Source: a virus
Virus record (IMG/VR): IMGVR_UViG_3300002056_000074
DNA length: 64,000 nucleotides
Direction: 5' to 3' (one strand)
The notes beneath the pieces are model-generated. The model saw nothing but the letters and a program-made list of their open reading frames with translations. It was not told where the DNA came from and did no database searches. The position numbers were made by a program, and so were the translations under genes. Shown in pieces: positions 9,729-20,400 of the stretch (the stretch's first letter is position 1; each line of letters begins with the position of its first letter).

Positions 9729-10718
9729 TTACTTATTTTTTGCAGCGGCCCTACGAGCCTTGATTCTAGCAATAACTGCATTACCATCATCCTCATCCTC
9801 ATCCTCATCCTCATCCTCATCCTCATCGTCTTCTGGCTCTTCTACAACCTTTTTTCGGCGCGATGATGGCTTACTAACAACTTCCTCTTCATCATCTTCT
9901 TCATCATCTTCTTCATTCTCTACCTCTTCTACAACCTTTTTTCGGGTGGTAGTAGGTTTACGGCGAGGGCGAATTTCTTCCCCTTCTTCGTCAGCATCCT
10001 CTTCTTCCTCATAAGCGGTGCCAGTCATTGCTGCCTTTAATTTGGCCTGAACACTCTCTAAACTAGGTTTTTCTGGAAGTAGGGTGGATAAATCAATCAA
10101 TTCCTTTTCGACCAACTCAAGTTCATCATCCGTCAAAGCAGTTTCTTTGCGAGCAAATTTCGTCCCCAGAGCATAATCAGACCACTTACCCTTCTTTCCT
10201 TTGGTGATAATGAAATCGGAACCTTCCTCATAATCAAAGGGAATTTCATCAAGATCTGCAAACCCTGAAACCATGATTGCATGAATCTGGGGACCAATGA
10301 CTACTGCCTTTACCTTCCCCTCACATGTATCATCAGGATTATCATATGATATTGGATCTTCCTTGACTAAAACTTGTGCCAAATGCGAAACTTTTCGGTA
10401 GAATTTACCACCATTAACCTCATCATCTTCATTATAGAAGCTCTGTGCAACATCACAAATTGGGCAATCTTCACCATACATCTTGAGGCATGGGACTGTT
10501 TCCTTCTTCCCATTAATTTCGAGTTTATGGACATGCTTTTCTACTAAAAACCCCCTCGGATTATCAGTATTTGCATCTGGGAGAAAACGAATGGTGCAAG
10601 AATCATCGAACTCCATATTGAAGAAATTATAATATTTCCCCTTAGAACTATTTCCACCCGATTTCCCACCACTAGCAAAGGCACTTTTCAGGTCATCTAA
10701 ACTAAATTTTTTAGCCAT
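9729..10718 (-). CDS. gp32-like single-stranded DNA-binding protein
   Basis: TIRFLP, H...C(x7)CPIC zinc ligands, long acidic C-terminal tail; GGAG SD. Confidence 0.88.
   Translation of the reverse strand: MAKKFSLDDLKSAFASGGKSGGNSSKGKYYNFFNMEFDDSCTIRFLPDANTDNPRGFLVEKHVHKLEINGKKETVPCLKMYGEDCPICDVAQSFYNEDDEVNGGKFYRKVSHLAQVLVKEDPISYDNPDDTCEGKVKAVVIGPQIHAIMVSGFADLDEIPFDYEEGSDFIITKGKKGKWSDYALGTKFARKETALTDDELELVEKELIDLSTLLPEKPSLESVQAKLKAAMTGTAYEEEEDADEEGEEIRPRRKPTTTRKKVVEEVENEEDDEEDDEEEVVSKPSSRRKKVVEEPEDDEDEDEDEDEDEDDGNAVIARIKARRAAAKNK
9787..9827. repeat. (TCATCC)6 microsatellite encoding the ED-repeat of the SSB tail
   Basis: Six full copies plus a partial copy. Confidence 0.9.
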
Positions 10719-10758
10719 GTATTTTTCTCCAAATAAACACGTTTTTATTGTGTGATGA

Positions 10759-10787
10759 AGTATATGCTCTTAAAATCTAATTGTCAA
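10759..10787 (-). promoter_or_regulatory. Sigma70-type promoter for the ssb-uvsX replication block
   Basis: TTGACA-17 nt-TATACT on the minus strand, 40 nt upstream of the ssb start. Confidence 0.85.
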
Positions 10788-10793
10788 ATGTTT

Positions 10794-13227
10794 TTACGGT
10801 GTATACCACTCCATTGTTATTGTCTGACCGGATGTTGAAGCAACTCGCATAACTTGTCCAGCGGTCGGCCTATTTGGGGGCATAATCATTGTATAACTTT
10901 CAGTCATCACTGGAGACGATGCAACACGAGTTTGAAAAGTATTAGTACCAGTGTATGAAAATAACTCAAGCTCTGCAGTTGCAGATGTTCCCGCAGCAAC
11001 TGGTTGATTTCGTATAGAAAGTTTATTGGTGGTATTAAATGTTCCAACACTGGTATGAACTGACCCATCAAGTCTAACATTTACTTGCGTATCATTCAAT
11101 AATATGTCAGAATTACTACCATGACTAAAAAAACTTACGCTTCCGTTATTACCAACATCGGTTCTTGTATTGCCAGTGCCGCCATCAATAGTTATTTTAG
11201 ATACTCCACCATCATTAGGTATATTGATTTCAGAGGCAGTAAGTTGAATTAAATCATCTTGAAGTCTTATACCCGAAACCTCATTATTATTTCTTCGCAT
11301 AATAATATTACCAGAAGAATTTATAGAATCTGAGTTAAATAATATGTCAGCAATAATGGGGCTGGTGTCAATATCAAGTGTTAGGCCAGTATTAGTGCTT
11401 ATTCTCCCATTAACATTAATATTCTCAGCTTCTAAATTATCAACATTTATATCTTCGACATTTACGATGCCTACAATAGTTTGGGGAGAAGTATCCGTTT
11501 TATCTAAATAATCACCCAAATGTTGTGTAACACTACTAGCCGATATTCTTACATTTGCAAATGTTCCGGTAGTAATATCGGCAGCATCATGAACATGGGC
11601 TGTTGGTGCCCTTGAGTTTGTCAATCTTGGATCATTATCAAGAACAATTGCCTCCTCAAACGTACTTCCAACACTTACCCGCCAATCATCAGTACTCTCT
11701 TTCCAGAATAATGATGTATTAACTTGACTCCCACGCTCGATTTCAATTCCACCATTTTCAGTAGGTGTTCCAGTAGCATCTGAATTCAACACAATAACAT
11801 TATCACCAATATTAACTTCGGTGCTATTAATTGATGTAGTAGTACCTTGTACTGTTAAATTACCACTAACAATAACATTATCATCAAATGTTTTATTCCC
11901 TCCAATTGCCTGTGGCCCCGTTAAGTTAACAGTATTGTCTTCCATATATTCTAAATGTACTAGATCATTAGGGTTCGTTGGTAGTGTGTTAACGCTGGTG
12001 ATTCGTGGGATGTTATTGAAAGTTTTTAGTCCTGTTATAGTTTGTGTTGTACCTATAGTGACTAAATTACTGGCTGTTGTGTCAACATATCCCTTAGTAA
12101 TTAACTGATTATCATTGTTTGGTGCTGATGTTGATGATGTTAATGCCACCAATTGTTTGCGATGTAGATAAATTAACACTTTTCTCAAATTCACCATCAA
12201 CATACCCTTTAGTTGTTAATTGTGCATCTACAGTTGGGGTGACTGTTGATGATGACATTTGTGGCAAAATAGTAAATGTCTTATTTCCACCAATCGTTTG
12301 CGATGTAGATCTATCAATAAAATTCGAAGTATTTACAGATTGATCATCAACATATCCCTTAGTAGCCAAGTGGCGATCATTAGTTGGATCTGTATTGGAT
12401 GACATTATTGGCCAATTGGCGGTTGAAAATGTTTTAACACTTAAAATTGTTTGTGGATCATTCAAAGTAACAAAATCGGTTGAATCAACCACTAATGAAT
12501 CAACATAACCTTTAGTTGTTAATGTTTGATCATTGTTTTGTGATGTAGTTGGAATTCCAAATACTGGCTTATTCACTGAAATACTATCATCTAATAAAAA
12601 AATATTAGTATGATCTGTACTAGTAGTATGTTGGTGTCTTATTAAAAGTGAATTACCCACATCCTCTATGCTTGCTTTGAGATCACCTACTCTCTGAAAA
12701 AACATCGCAGGATTTGAGGATGATGAGTCTATTATTAACTTGGGACTCGTATTTTCAATTTTTAAATCATTGGTAATTGTTCCACCATTAAACGGTGGGC
12801 TAATATTTGCGGCGATTTCAGTATCAACGTATCCCTTATTGATTAAATCATTATCATCCACAATAGAATTAATCGCGGAAGTCTCCATTCTCACTGGTGC
12901 AGCTGAAAGTATAAAACTCTCAACGTCTGTACTAATACTGTCTGTAGATACAATTCCCTTAAATTTTGTATTATCTGAAAACGTCTTAACGCCACCAACC
13001 AATTGATTGGTATTAACAGTAACAAAGTTATTAGATAAGAAAGATTCTGTAGGAACAGGTTCCCATGTATTTGTCGAATCCCAAACAAACGCCTGATCAA
13101 GATCAGTATCATATACTAGAGTAGCAACTCTTTGGGGTACAAATAATAATCGCTCAGCCGTTGTGTAATGAGCTAAACTAAAACCCGTTTCACTATATGA
13201 TTCACCCTTCAGTTCAAACTCTGACAT
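10794..13227 (-). pseudogene. Fibre-like repeat protein split by a frameshift near 12140 (track ORFs 12112..13227 and 10794..12203)
   Basis: Repeat QTIGGxKTF...P...TKGYVD runs through both ORFs; at the junction the KTFxxxPQ segment is missing and the frame shifts +1. Confidence 0.75.
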
Positions 13228-13276
13228 CTACAGTCTCCACCATCCACATATTAACTTTATTTATATATTTTAATAG

Positions 13277-13312
13277 GGAGTTCTCTCCCACCAATAAGTG
13301 AGAGAGAACTCC
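13277..13312 (-). terminator. Stem-loop after the 831-aa fibre gene (terminator or processing site)
   Basis: Minus strand GGAGTTCTCTCTCAC-TTATTG-GTGGGAGAGAACTCC, 15-bp stem with one G-U pair; no long U tract. Confidence 0.6.
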
Positions 13313-13325
13313 ATGTAATTAAAAA

Positions 13326-15821
13326 TTATGTTGAGACGGAAATTGCTCCAGCAAAAGGTTGGCCTGTGGTGATTAGGGATACATCACCAGTAGTTGCATC
13401 AACTTCCTTAACAATACCAACTTCCCGATTTCCATCAAATGCGGTTAGACGATAAATGGGTCGAATGGGTAGTTTGTGAGTAGTTTGAGCTACGACAAGT
13501 GTACTTACGCCAGCCACTGTCGTCCAATCTGCTGCAGTAAACGACTCAAAGTAAGATGTTGCAACTTCCAGAAGAGCGGTAGAAGTTCCCACTTTCCATA
13601 AATCATCTGTCTCGTCAAAAAGTATTGATGTATTTTCTTCAGTCCCACGATCAACCTCGAAGCCTGATGTACCAGAAGTTACGCCAGCACCTACCTCACC
13701 AGAATTCAATACAATTGTATTATCTGCAACTGTAACTTCAGTGCTATTAACTGTGGTTGTTGTACCATCAACTGTTAGGTTTCCTGAGATAATAACATCA
13801 TCAGAGAATGTCTTAACCCCAGCGATAGATTCATCACCAAATGTATGTACATAATCTGTTTCCACAAAATTGGAAACATCATTTTTGACTAATGCACGAT
13901 TTTTGAAGCTTGCGGTATCATGAATTAAAACGTGGCCATCTGCAGCTGAGGTAACATCCACATCGTTGAGTTCATTAAGTTCTTTTGCACCAACATTAGC
14001 ATCAACATAAGATTTAATTACATATGCTCTATCAGAATTTTCCTGTGTACCAACAGATGAATAGATAGGCTTATGGTATGTCCATCGATCAAGTGAATCT
14101 TGGTATCGTAACAAAAATGTGTTGCCATCTCTGACAGTGATATTTGAATCACTTGAATCCATCTCAATTATCATGCCTGCGCTACTACCGGCTTGTAGTA
14201 AGATATCATTACTTGCTTCTAACGCTATGTTACTAGTGTTTGACTGTAATTCAAGTTTCCCTTCAGCTCGACCAACTGTGACGGTATCAGATTCTTGATA
14301 CAATCGGAATGCAATTGCATCAGCATCAGTGTGTACTCCCAAATAACCCTCACTAACTGATAAATTACCACCACCATTTACTTTGACATTAGCATCATCA
14401 AAAGTCTTATTTTGGGTAATCGTTTGCGTTCCCGCACCAGCTATTGTTACAAAATTTGTTGTGTCAACAGAAATATCAGCTGGTTTAAATTCTCCATCTA
14501 CATCATCCCATACTAATGCTTGGCCAGCCGTGGGTGCCACGGTGGACGTATTAACATCCGAAAGATCATCTAATTCAGTGGGGGTAACTAAATCTACATA
14601 TTTCTTGGTAGTTAATGTCCCTTCATCTGCATTGGCTGCAATATCAACAGAAGTTGTTACAATTGGAGCATTTGTATTAATTACTGTTGGTAATGTGTTT
14701 CCGGCTGTCTCTGGTGCTGTCGAAATTCCACCACCAAGAGTAATAAACGCACCATCGGTTTTTTCTAGGGTTAGACGCTCAGCGTCATAGTACATAGTAG
14801 CAGCACCGGGCATCGCTAGTAGACCACCACCTCCACCACCCCACTGAATCATTCCAGTAGAATCAGTGGTTATCTCCCCATCACTATCTTCTAGGGCAAA
14901 AATGATACCAGCAGCGCCTGCAGCACTAATATTAAGAGTAGTTCTGTTTACATCAAAGGTACTATCTTCTATTGTTAATGATCCACCATCCAATACAACC
15001 GGAGTTCCAAGTAAATCAAGTTTTCCAAAGCTTCCATTGGCTGCTTCCAACACTAAATCACCAGTGACCGTACCACCTGTTCGCTGTAAAGCACCATCAG
15101 CTAATGCACCTTGCGCTGCAGTTGCGTAATCACCATCACTAAAATCAGTAACATCAGATTTTACGATTGCTCGATTAACAAAATTAGTTCCATCAAATAG
15201 TAATGCATGTCCGGTTGCTGGAGTAGTTAATGTAACATCATCAAGATCATTGAGTTCATTTGCAGGATCATAATCAGAGATATCAGCAGTCGTAAGAATT
15301 CGGTTTACAAATTCAGTTCCATTATGAACAAGAAAATGATCTACTGCAGGAGTAGTAACTGTAATATCACTTAGATCACTCAACTCAGTTGCAGGATCAT
15401 ATAAAACATTTACAAATTCAGTTCCATCATGAATAAGAAAGTGATCTTGGACGGGTGAAGTTAATGTAACATCATCAAGATCGTTGAGTTCTGATGCAGC
15501 CTCGCCTGATGCGATTTGAACTGCACCATCAACATATTGCTTAGTTGCAGCTTCTAAGGGATTCGATGGATCAGCATGTAAGACTAGTGCACCAGTCATG
15601 GTATCACCGGCCAGATCAACCTTTCCATTTACTACAGAACTTAGTGCAAGCTCTTCCCAGCCTTGACCAACAGTATAAACATTAACTCGCTTAGTATCAG
15701 TATTATAAACTTTATAACCATCTCTAGGTGGTGTATACGCATCTACCTCAATTTGATTCTTGTGTGGTAATCCAAAGCCATCTTCTACGAAAAATTGGCC
15801 TTTCCATTCATATGCACTCAT
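13326..15821 (-). CDS. Fibre/whisker-like virion protein
   Basis: Repeated ELNDLDDV..T...GH.L..DGT.FVN units, AATKQYVD, GVKTF, GNLTVDGTTTTVNST; N-terminus paralogous to the 13227 gene. Confidence 0.8.
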   Translation of the reverse strand: MSAYEWKGQFFVEDGFGLPHKNQIEVDAYTPPRDGYKVYNTDTKRVNVYTVGQGWEELALSSVVNGKVDLAGDTMTGALVLHADPSNPLEAATKQYVDGAVQIASGEAASELNDLDDVTLTSPVQDHFLIHDGTEFVNVLYDPATELSDLSDITVTTPAVDHFLVHNGTEFVNRILTTADISDYDPANELNDLDDVTLTTPATGHALLFDGTNFVNRAIVKSDVTDFSDGDYATAAQGALADGALQRTGGTVTGDLVLEAANGSFGKLDLLGTPVVLDGGSLTIEDSTFDVNRTTLNISAAGAAGIIFALEDSDGEITTDSTGMIQWGGGGGGLLAMPGAATMYYDAERLTLEKTDGAFITLGGGISTAPETAGNTLPTVINTNAPIVTTSVDIAANADEGTLTTKKYVDLVTPTELDDLSDVNTSTVAPTAGQALVWDDVDGEFKPADISVDTTNFVTIAGAGTQTITQNKTFDDANVKVNGGGNLSVSEGYLGVHTDADAIAFRLYQESDTVTVGRAEGKLELQSNTSNIALEASNDILLQAGSSAGMIIEMDSSDSNITVRDGNTFLLRYQDSLDRWTYHKPIYSSVGTQENSDRAYVIKSYVDANVGAKELNELNDVDVTSAADGHVLIHDTASFKNRALVKNDVSNFVETDYVHTFGDESIAGVKTFSDDVIISGNLTVDGTTTTVNSTEVTVADNTIVLNSGEVGAGVTSGTSGFEVDRGTEENTSILFDETDDLWKVGTSTALLEVATSYFESFTAADWTTVAGVSTLVVAQTTHKLPIRPIYRLTAFDGNREVGIVKEVDATTGDVSLITTGQPFAGAISVST

Positions 15822-15859
15822 AATTCAGTTCTCGTTGTTTAGTTGTTTAGTTGTGATGT

Positions 15860-17395
15860 TTATCGTATTCTAATTTTTCCAGAAAAAGGTTCGCCAGAGG
15901 TAATTAATGTTATAAGACCTGATGATTCATTTACTGAATAGGAGGTTGAAATTCTTTGTCCCGAATCATTAAACAAAATGACATCATATAATGTATTTAG
16001 TGGTAAACCATGAATTGCGGCAGGTATTTGATATCTAAATTCTGCGCCAAAAACAGTCCAACCATTTAAATTAATATTTAATTGTATTCCCCGAAAGGTA
16101 GATGTAACATATTCACGGTTAACTGCGTGAAAATTGGTTGTAGGTGGTCCATCTAAAATAAGTGGTCCAGTCAATGTTCCACCAGAAATATTTAACTTAT
16201 TATCTAATGTAGTTTGGATGCCAATAATATCCTGAGTTGCAGAATCAACTTGATTATTAAGAGTTGAAATACTGGAACTTACAATAGATAAATTTCCATT
16301 TATAGTAGAAATAGATTCACTATTGTTTGTTATTTGACTCAATTGAGCAGCACTCAACGCATTACCATTAACCATTGATTCTACAGTTAATTGTGGAAAT
16401 AATCTGGGAGCAAAATAAATTTGTTTTTTTCCTATTACAATTCCAACTGGGGCGCGGGTTGAAGCAGATTTCGTTAGAATTATTTCACCCGTATTCGAAA
16501 TATAAATCGGATTATTTACTGTAGCGCCAGCAGCTTCCCAGTCCCATTGTTCATTATATATCAGACCTTCCAATGTTAATGTTGCTGACTCCCCAACATC
16601 TAAATCAATATCAACAATACCAAATATTCGCTCACCTTGAGTAGTAGGTTTAGCTAGTACAATCTCATTGTAATTTTTGAACTCAACAACATGAAATGCT
16701 GCTATTGGTTCAACCGCCCTACCATTAATAATCCTATTTGCAATTTTATTACTTGCACCCGTTGGAGCACCAGTTAAAAATGTATCTTCTGTTGTGAAAA
16801 ATTGGTCGTCCTTCCCACTCTTAATCGCGAGACCATCACTATTAAATACCAATGATCCAACGTTCTTAGAAAATCGATCACCCAACATTATATCAACTTG
16901 AGTTCCACCAAATGATTCATTGGGAGTAACGCTGAGACTTTCAAATGAGTTTCCAACATTATATTTTGCAGCAAATACTCGTATTACTTGTATCCAAACC
17001 TCTCCGGAATATTCAAACCATATATTTCTTCTTGTATTGAACCACATCTGTCCCTGAACTCGCCTATTTTTAGCGGGTTGCCTAGATGAAATTATTGGAA
17101 GTAAATCAGTCTGGCCCCTAGTAACCACACCAGTAATAGTATCCATATCCCAATACAGATATTGAATTTGGGCTGATGAAAAATTTGACCATGCAGAATT
17201 TATATTTACAAGCTCAGTATATAGGTAATCAGCTTTACCATGTACAAATGTAATTAAGACGGGATCACTGGAAGTTCCAGTGTTAACAACCAAATTAACA
17301 TCTTGACCATCCCCAACTTCCAAGAAAGTCTGAGACCCATCAATCTCATTTCGTGGATAGTTTATAATACCTTGACGAAATGAGATTCTTGCCAT
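15860..17395 (-). CDS. Virion structural protein (RISFRxGI family)
   Basis: N-terminal ~330 aa paralogous to 22871..25582; coiled-coil, GGTLTGPL, short C-terminal domain shared with 13326..15821. Confidence 0.75.
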   Translation of the reverse strand: MARISFRQGIINYPRNEIDGSQTFLEVGDGQDVNLVVNTGTSSDPVLITFVHGKADYLYTELVNINSAWSNFSSAQIQYLYWDMDTITGVVTRGQTDLLPIISSRQPAKNRRVQGQMWFNTRRNIWFEYSGEVWIQVIRVFAAKYNVGNSFESLSVTPNESFGGTQVDIMLGDRFSKNVGSLVFNSDGLAIKSGKDDQFFTTEDTFLTGAPTGASNKIANRIINGRAVEPIAAFHVVEFKNYNEIVLAKPTTQGERIFGIVDIDLDVGESATLTLEGLIYNEQWDWEAAGATVNNPIYISNTGEIILTKSASTRAPVGIVIGKKQIYFAPRLFPQLTVESMVNGNALSAAQLSQITNNSESISTINGNLSIVSSSISTLNNQVDSATQDIIGIQTTLDNKLNISGGTLTGPLILDGPPTTNFHAVNREYVTSTFRGIQLNINLNGWTVFGAEFRYQIPAAIHGLPLNTLYDVILFNDSGQRISTSYSVNESSGLITLITSGEPFSGKIRIR

Positions 17396-17427
17396 TTACA
17401 ATTACCCTAAATTAATACTTATTTTAG

Positions 17428-17433
17428 TATTTA
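17428..17433 (-). promoter_or_regulatory. T4-type late promoter core TAAATA
   Basis: CCTAAATAC 32 nt upstream of the start at 17395; one of many intergenic copies. Confidence 0.7.
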
Positions 17434-17470
17434 GGTATCTTTCTTATTTTGACTATCATAAATTAATCAA

Positions 17471-20400
17471 TTATTGATCATATATAACCGTTACCCTACC
17501 TGTTACTACTTTCCCAATATCATCAGAATGGAAAAACATGTATCCAGTTCTACTATCAATAATAACTTCCAATGGTGCTGGATTTGGTGTATTAATCAAT
17601 AGGTCATAATCAATCATAGTTACCGTAGCATCCACGCCATCAATTTGAATTGATTGTGCAGCTACGTCATCACCCTCCAATCGATACCAGTTATTGTTAT
17701 ACCATCCTGTTAATGTTACCTCATTACCAACTCTCATAGTATTATCATAAGAAGTATAGTTAACGACAACATCAATCATTCCAGTTCCAGCATAAGGCAT
17801 AACAGCAGCACCATGAATGGTTCCAGTAGAAGCCACTGCACTAGTGTAAATTACAGTGTCATTTCCGCTGCTATCAATAATATGATATGTAATTACTGTC
17901 CCAACCCGTGCAACCTTAAACGTATCAGTTAATGTATATGATGCGATATCAACAGCGACTACATTGCCGGATTCTCGTATAGAAACATTTCCATTTGGCA
18001 ACAGTTCTATTGCAAATCGCATTGTCTGTTGACCCGCAGAACCAGTGATAGTGGTATTAAAATAAAAATTCTCATTGGGAACATCAGTAAATCCAAATAA
18101 TACATGATTGTCAGTGGCTATTGCCTTACCCTCAATATACCCATCTGCTGTTATATACTGAGATATTTTAGCTCCCCCACTAAAACGATCCCAATTCGAT
18201 TGTACTGCATTGCTTCTATTATAATATACCTTTCCCGGAAACCAATCCATCACATTATATTCAGAAAAACTGGGACCAGTTGTAGCAGAATATGTATCTC
18301 GTATAATTGATCCATCACCATTTGTGAATAGTGCCTTTTCAGTAATTTGATCAGTAACACTTCCCGGAATCGTAGCCATTCCTTGAGTATTTGTAAATTC
18401 AGAAAATTGATAATCTACAGGTTTATGGTAAATAGAAGATCGCCTACTCATAGAAAGAGAATTGTCCTTCAAGATACCATCAACAACACCAAAGGTATAA
18501 TAATCAGTTGCCACGAAAGCAGTAGGATTCGCTCCATTAGAAAATGATATTTCAATACCTTCATCCATTTCTTCTGATGTAATATGAGTTGGGCGTGTCT
18601 CTAACCCCTCCAATGATTCAGTTAATTCATAATGGGCCAATAGATTGGTAGCTGGCTTAGAAGTTATAACTCCCGTGATATCCGCAAAATCATTAGCAAT
18701 ATCAGTATCATCCCAAGCAACATTCCAGAATTGAATATTCTCCATAAAGCCTCTAAAGTGTTCCCCCTGATTAAGAGAGTGTTTCCACATATCTGACCAA
18801 TCATATACTCTAGAACTAACAAAAGCATAGAGATCGCTTGATGTATTTGACCAGTCATAAGAGTTCTGTAGTGTAACACTTGATCCTATTTGAACACCAT
18901 CCAAGTAAACCTTGAGGAGCGTTCCCGAAACAGTAACCACCAACCGATAAAAACCTGATGTAATATTAACTGGTGTATTTGCAATTACGTGGGAGGTATC
19001 ATTTTCTAGAATCAGGAGTTCATCAGATGATCGATTTCGCCAACGAATCTGCAATCGATTTTGCTTGTCTGAAATCTCAAGTAATGTCGTATCTGCTTCC
19101 TGTTTTTTAACCCTTAGAAAGTGATAAGTACCACCGTTCTGGGTAGAATCTTCTTTCTGCTCTGGTTGCAAATTAAACGCGAATGTTGCGTTAGCACTGG
19201 TTCCAAAATTGCCGGTCGTAAATACATCAGTAACATCTATCATGGATCTGCCCGTAAAAAAATGACTTTCCGTATCGAAATTATGTCGCTTTGCTGAATA
19301 GTTCCCTGTGCTATCAACAGCATCTACAAAATAATTCTTTTCCCATGCAGTTCCATTCCAATGAAACTTATCCCAAATAACTTCCTGAACAGGAGAATGT
19401 TGCCCATCGAGAGAATCTAAGTATTCTAGTGCGTCATCAGCACCTTGACCCATTGCATGTAAGCTTTTTGGGTCAGATCCACTTTTATATCCAACTGTAC
19501 TATATGAATTAGATCCGGATTGAAACATTCCACTGGCGCGAGGATCTTGCCATACCAATCCAAGCGTCTGAGAAGTTATTCTAGGATGTGGTGTGTAATG
19601 AACTCTTTTAGTGGATGATATCATTGAATGCCCAACCTTATTTGATGTAGATGTCCCAGCTACGTAATAAGTAGTCTCACTGAAAAAATATGGAGTATCA
19701 TAATAATCATACATAAATGACATTTTAGCAAAACCGCCAGCCGATCTAAACCCAACATCAACTGCAACATCAGATGACCATTGCAATTTTTGAAGCTCAT
19801 CATCAAAATTGGGGCCATGTCTCCCCCATAGGTTTCCTCGCTGTGAAACATCAACAGAACCCCATTGATTACCATCCTGCCAATCATAAGTTGAATTAAC
19901 ATAATTACTAGATTGTGGTCCCTCGTAAGAAACGCCTGCTAAAGACCACCAAACAATCTGTTCAGTATTATTATCATTATACATAATGGCCATTTCTTGA
20001 TCTGGAGTGTTTCGATCAACTCGCATATATTTTACCAAATTCCAATTACCATCAGTTAACCCGGTATAATCAAATGCTGTCGTTGAGAGTGGTTCATAAT
20101 TTACGAAGACAGGAACTGTGTCGTATGGATTTGTGGTATATGATAGAGCACCTTCAAAAACAGCCCATAAAGAATCTCCGGTGCCGGGTGCTACTGCATA
20201 ACAACGATTACCAGATGCTGAAAATAAACTATTATCAACTTCTGTCATTTTAGTGACAGTAGCTGACGCTTTATTAGTTGGGTCAGTTAATCTATATAAT
20301 CCGGTATTTCTGCAGGACATCCAAATGTCACCATTATCCATAACAGCAATTTGTGTAATATTAGTTGCAGGGATAGTTGGTGTACTTTCGTTTCCATAAG

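Noticed and set aside
9760-10014. Plus-strand poly-Ser ORF
   Set aside because: Antisense shadow of the Glu/Asp codons in the SSB tail
15220-15495. Direct DNA repeats in the 831-aa fibre gene as a template/variable-repeat pair
   Set aside because: They are in-frame protein repeats (ELNDLDDVTL) without adenine-specific divergence
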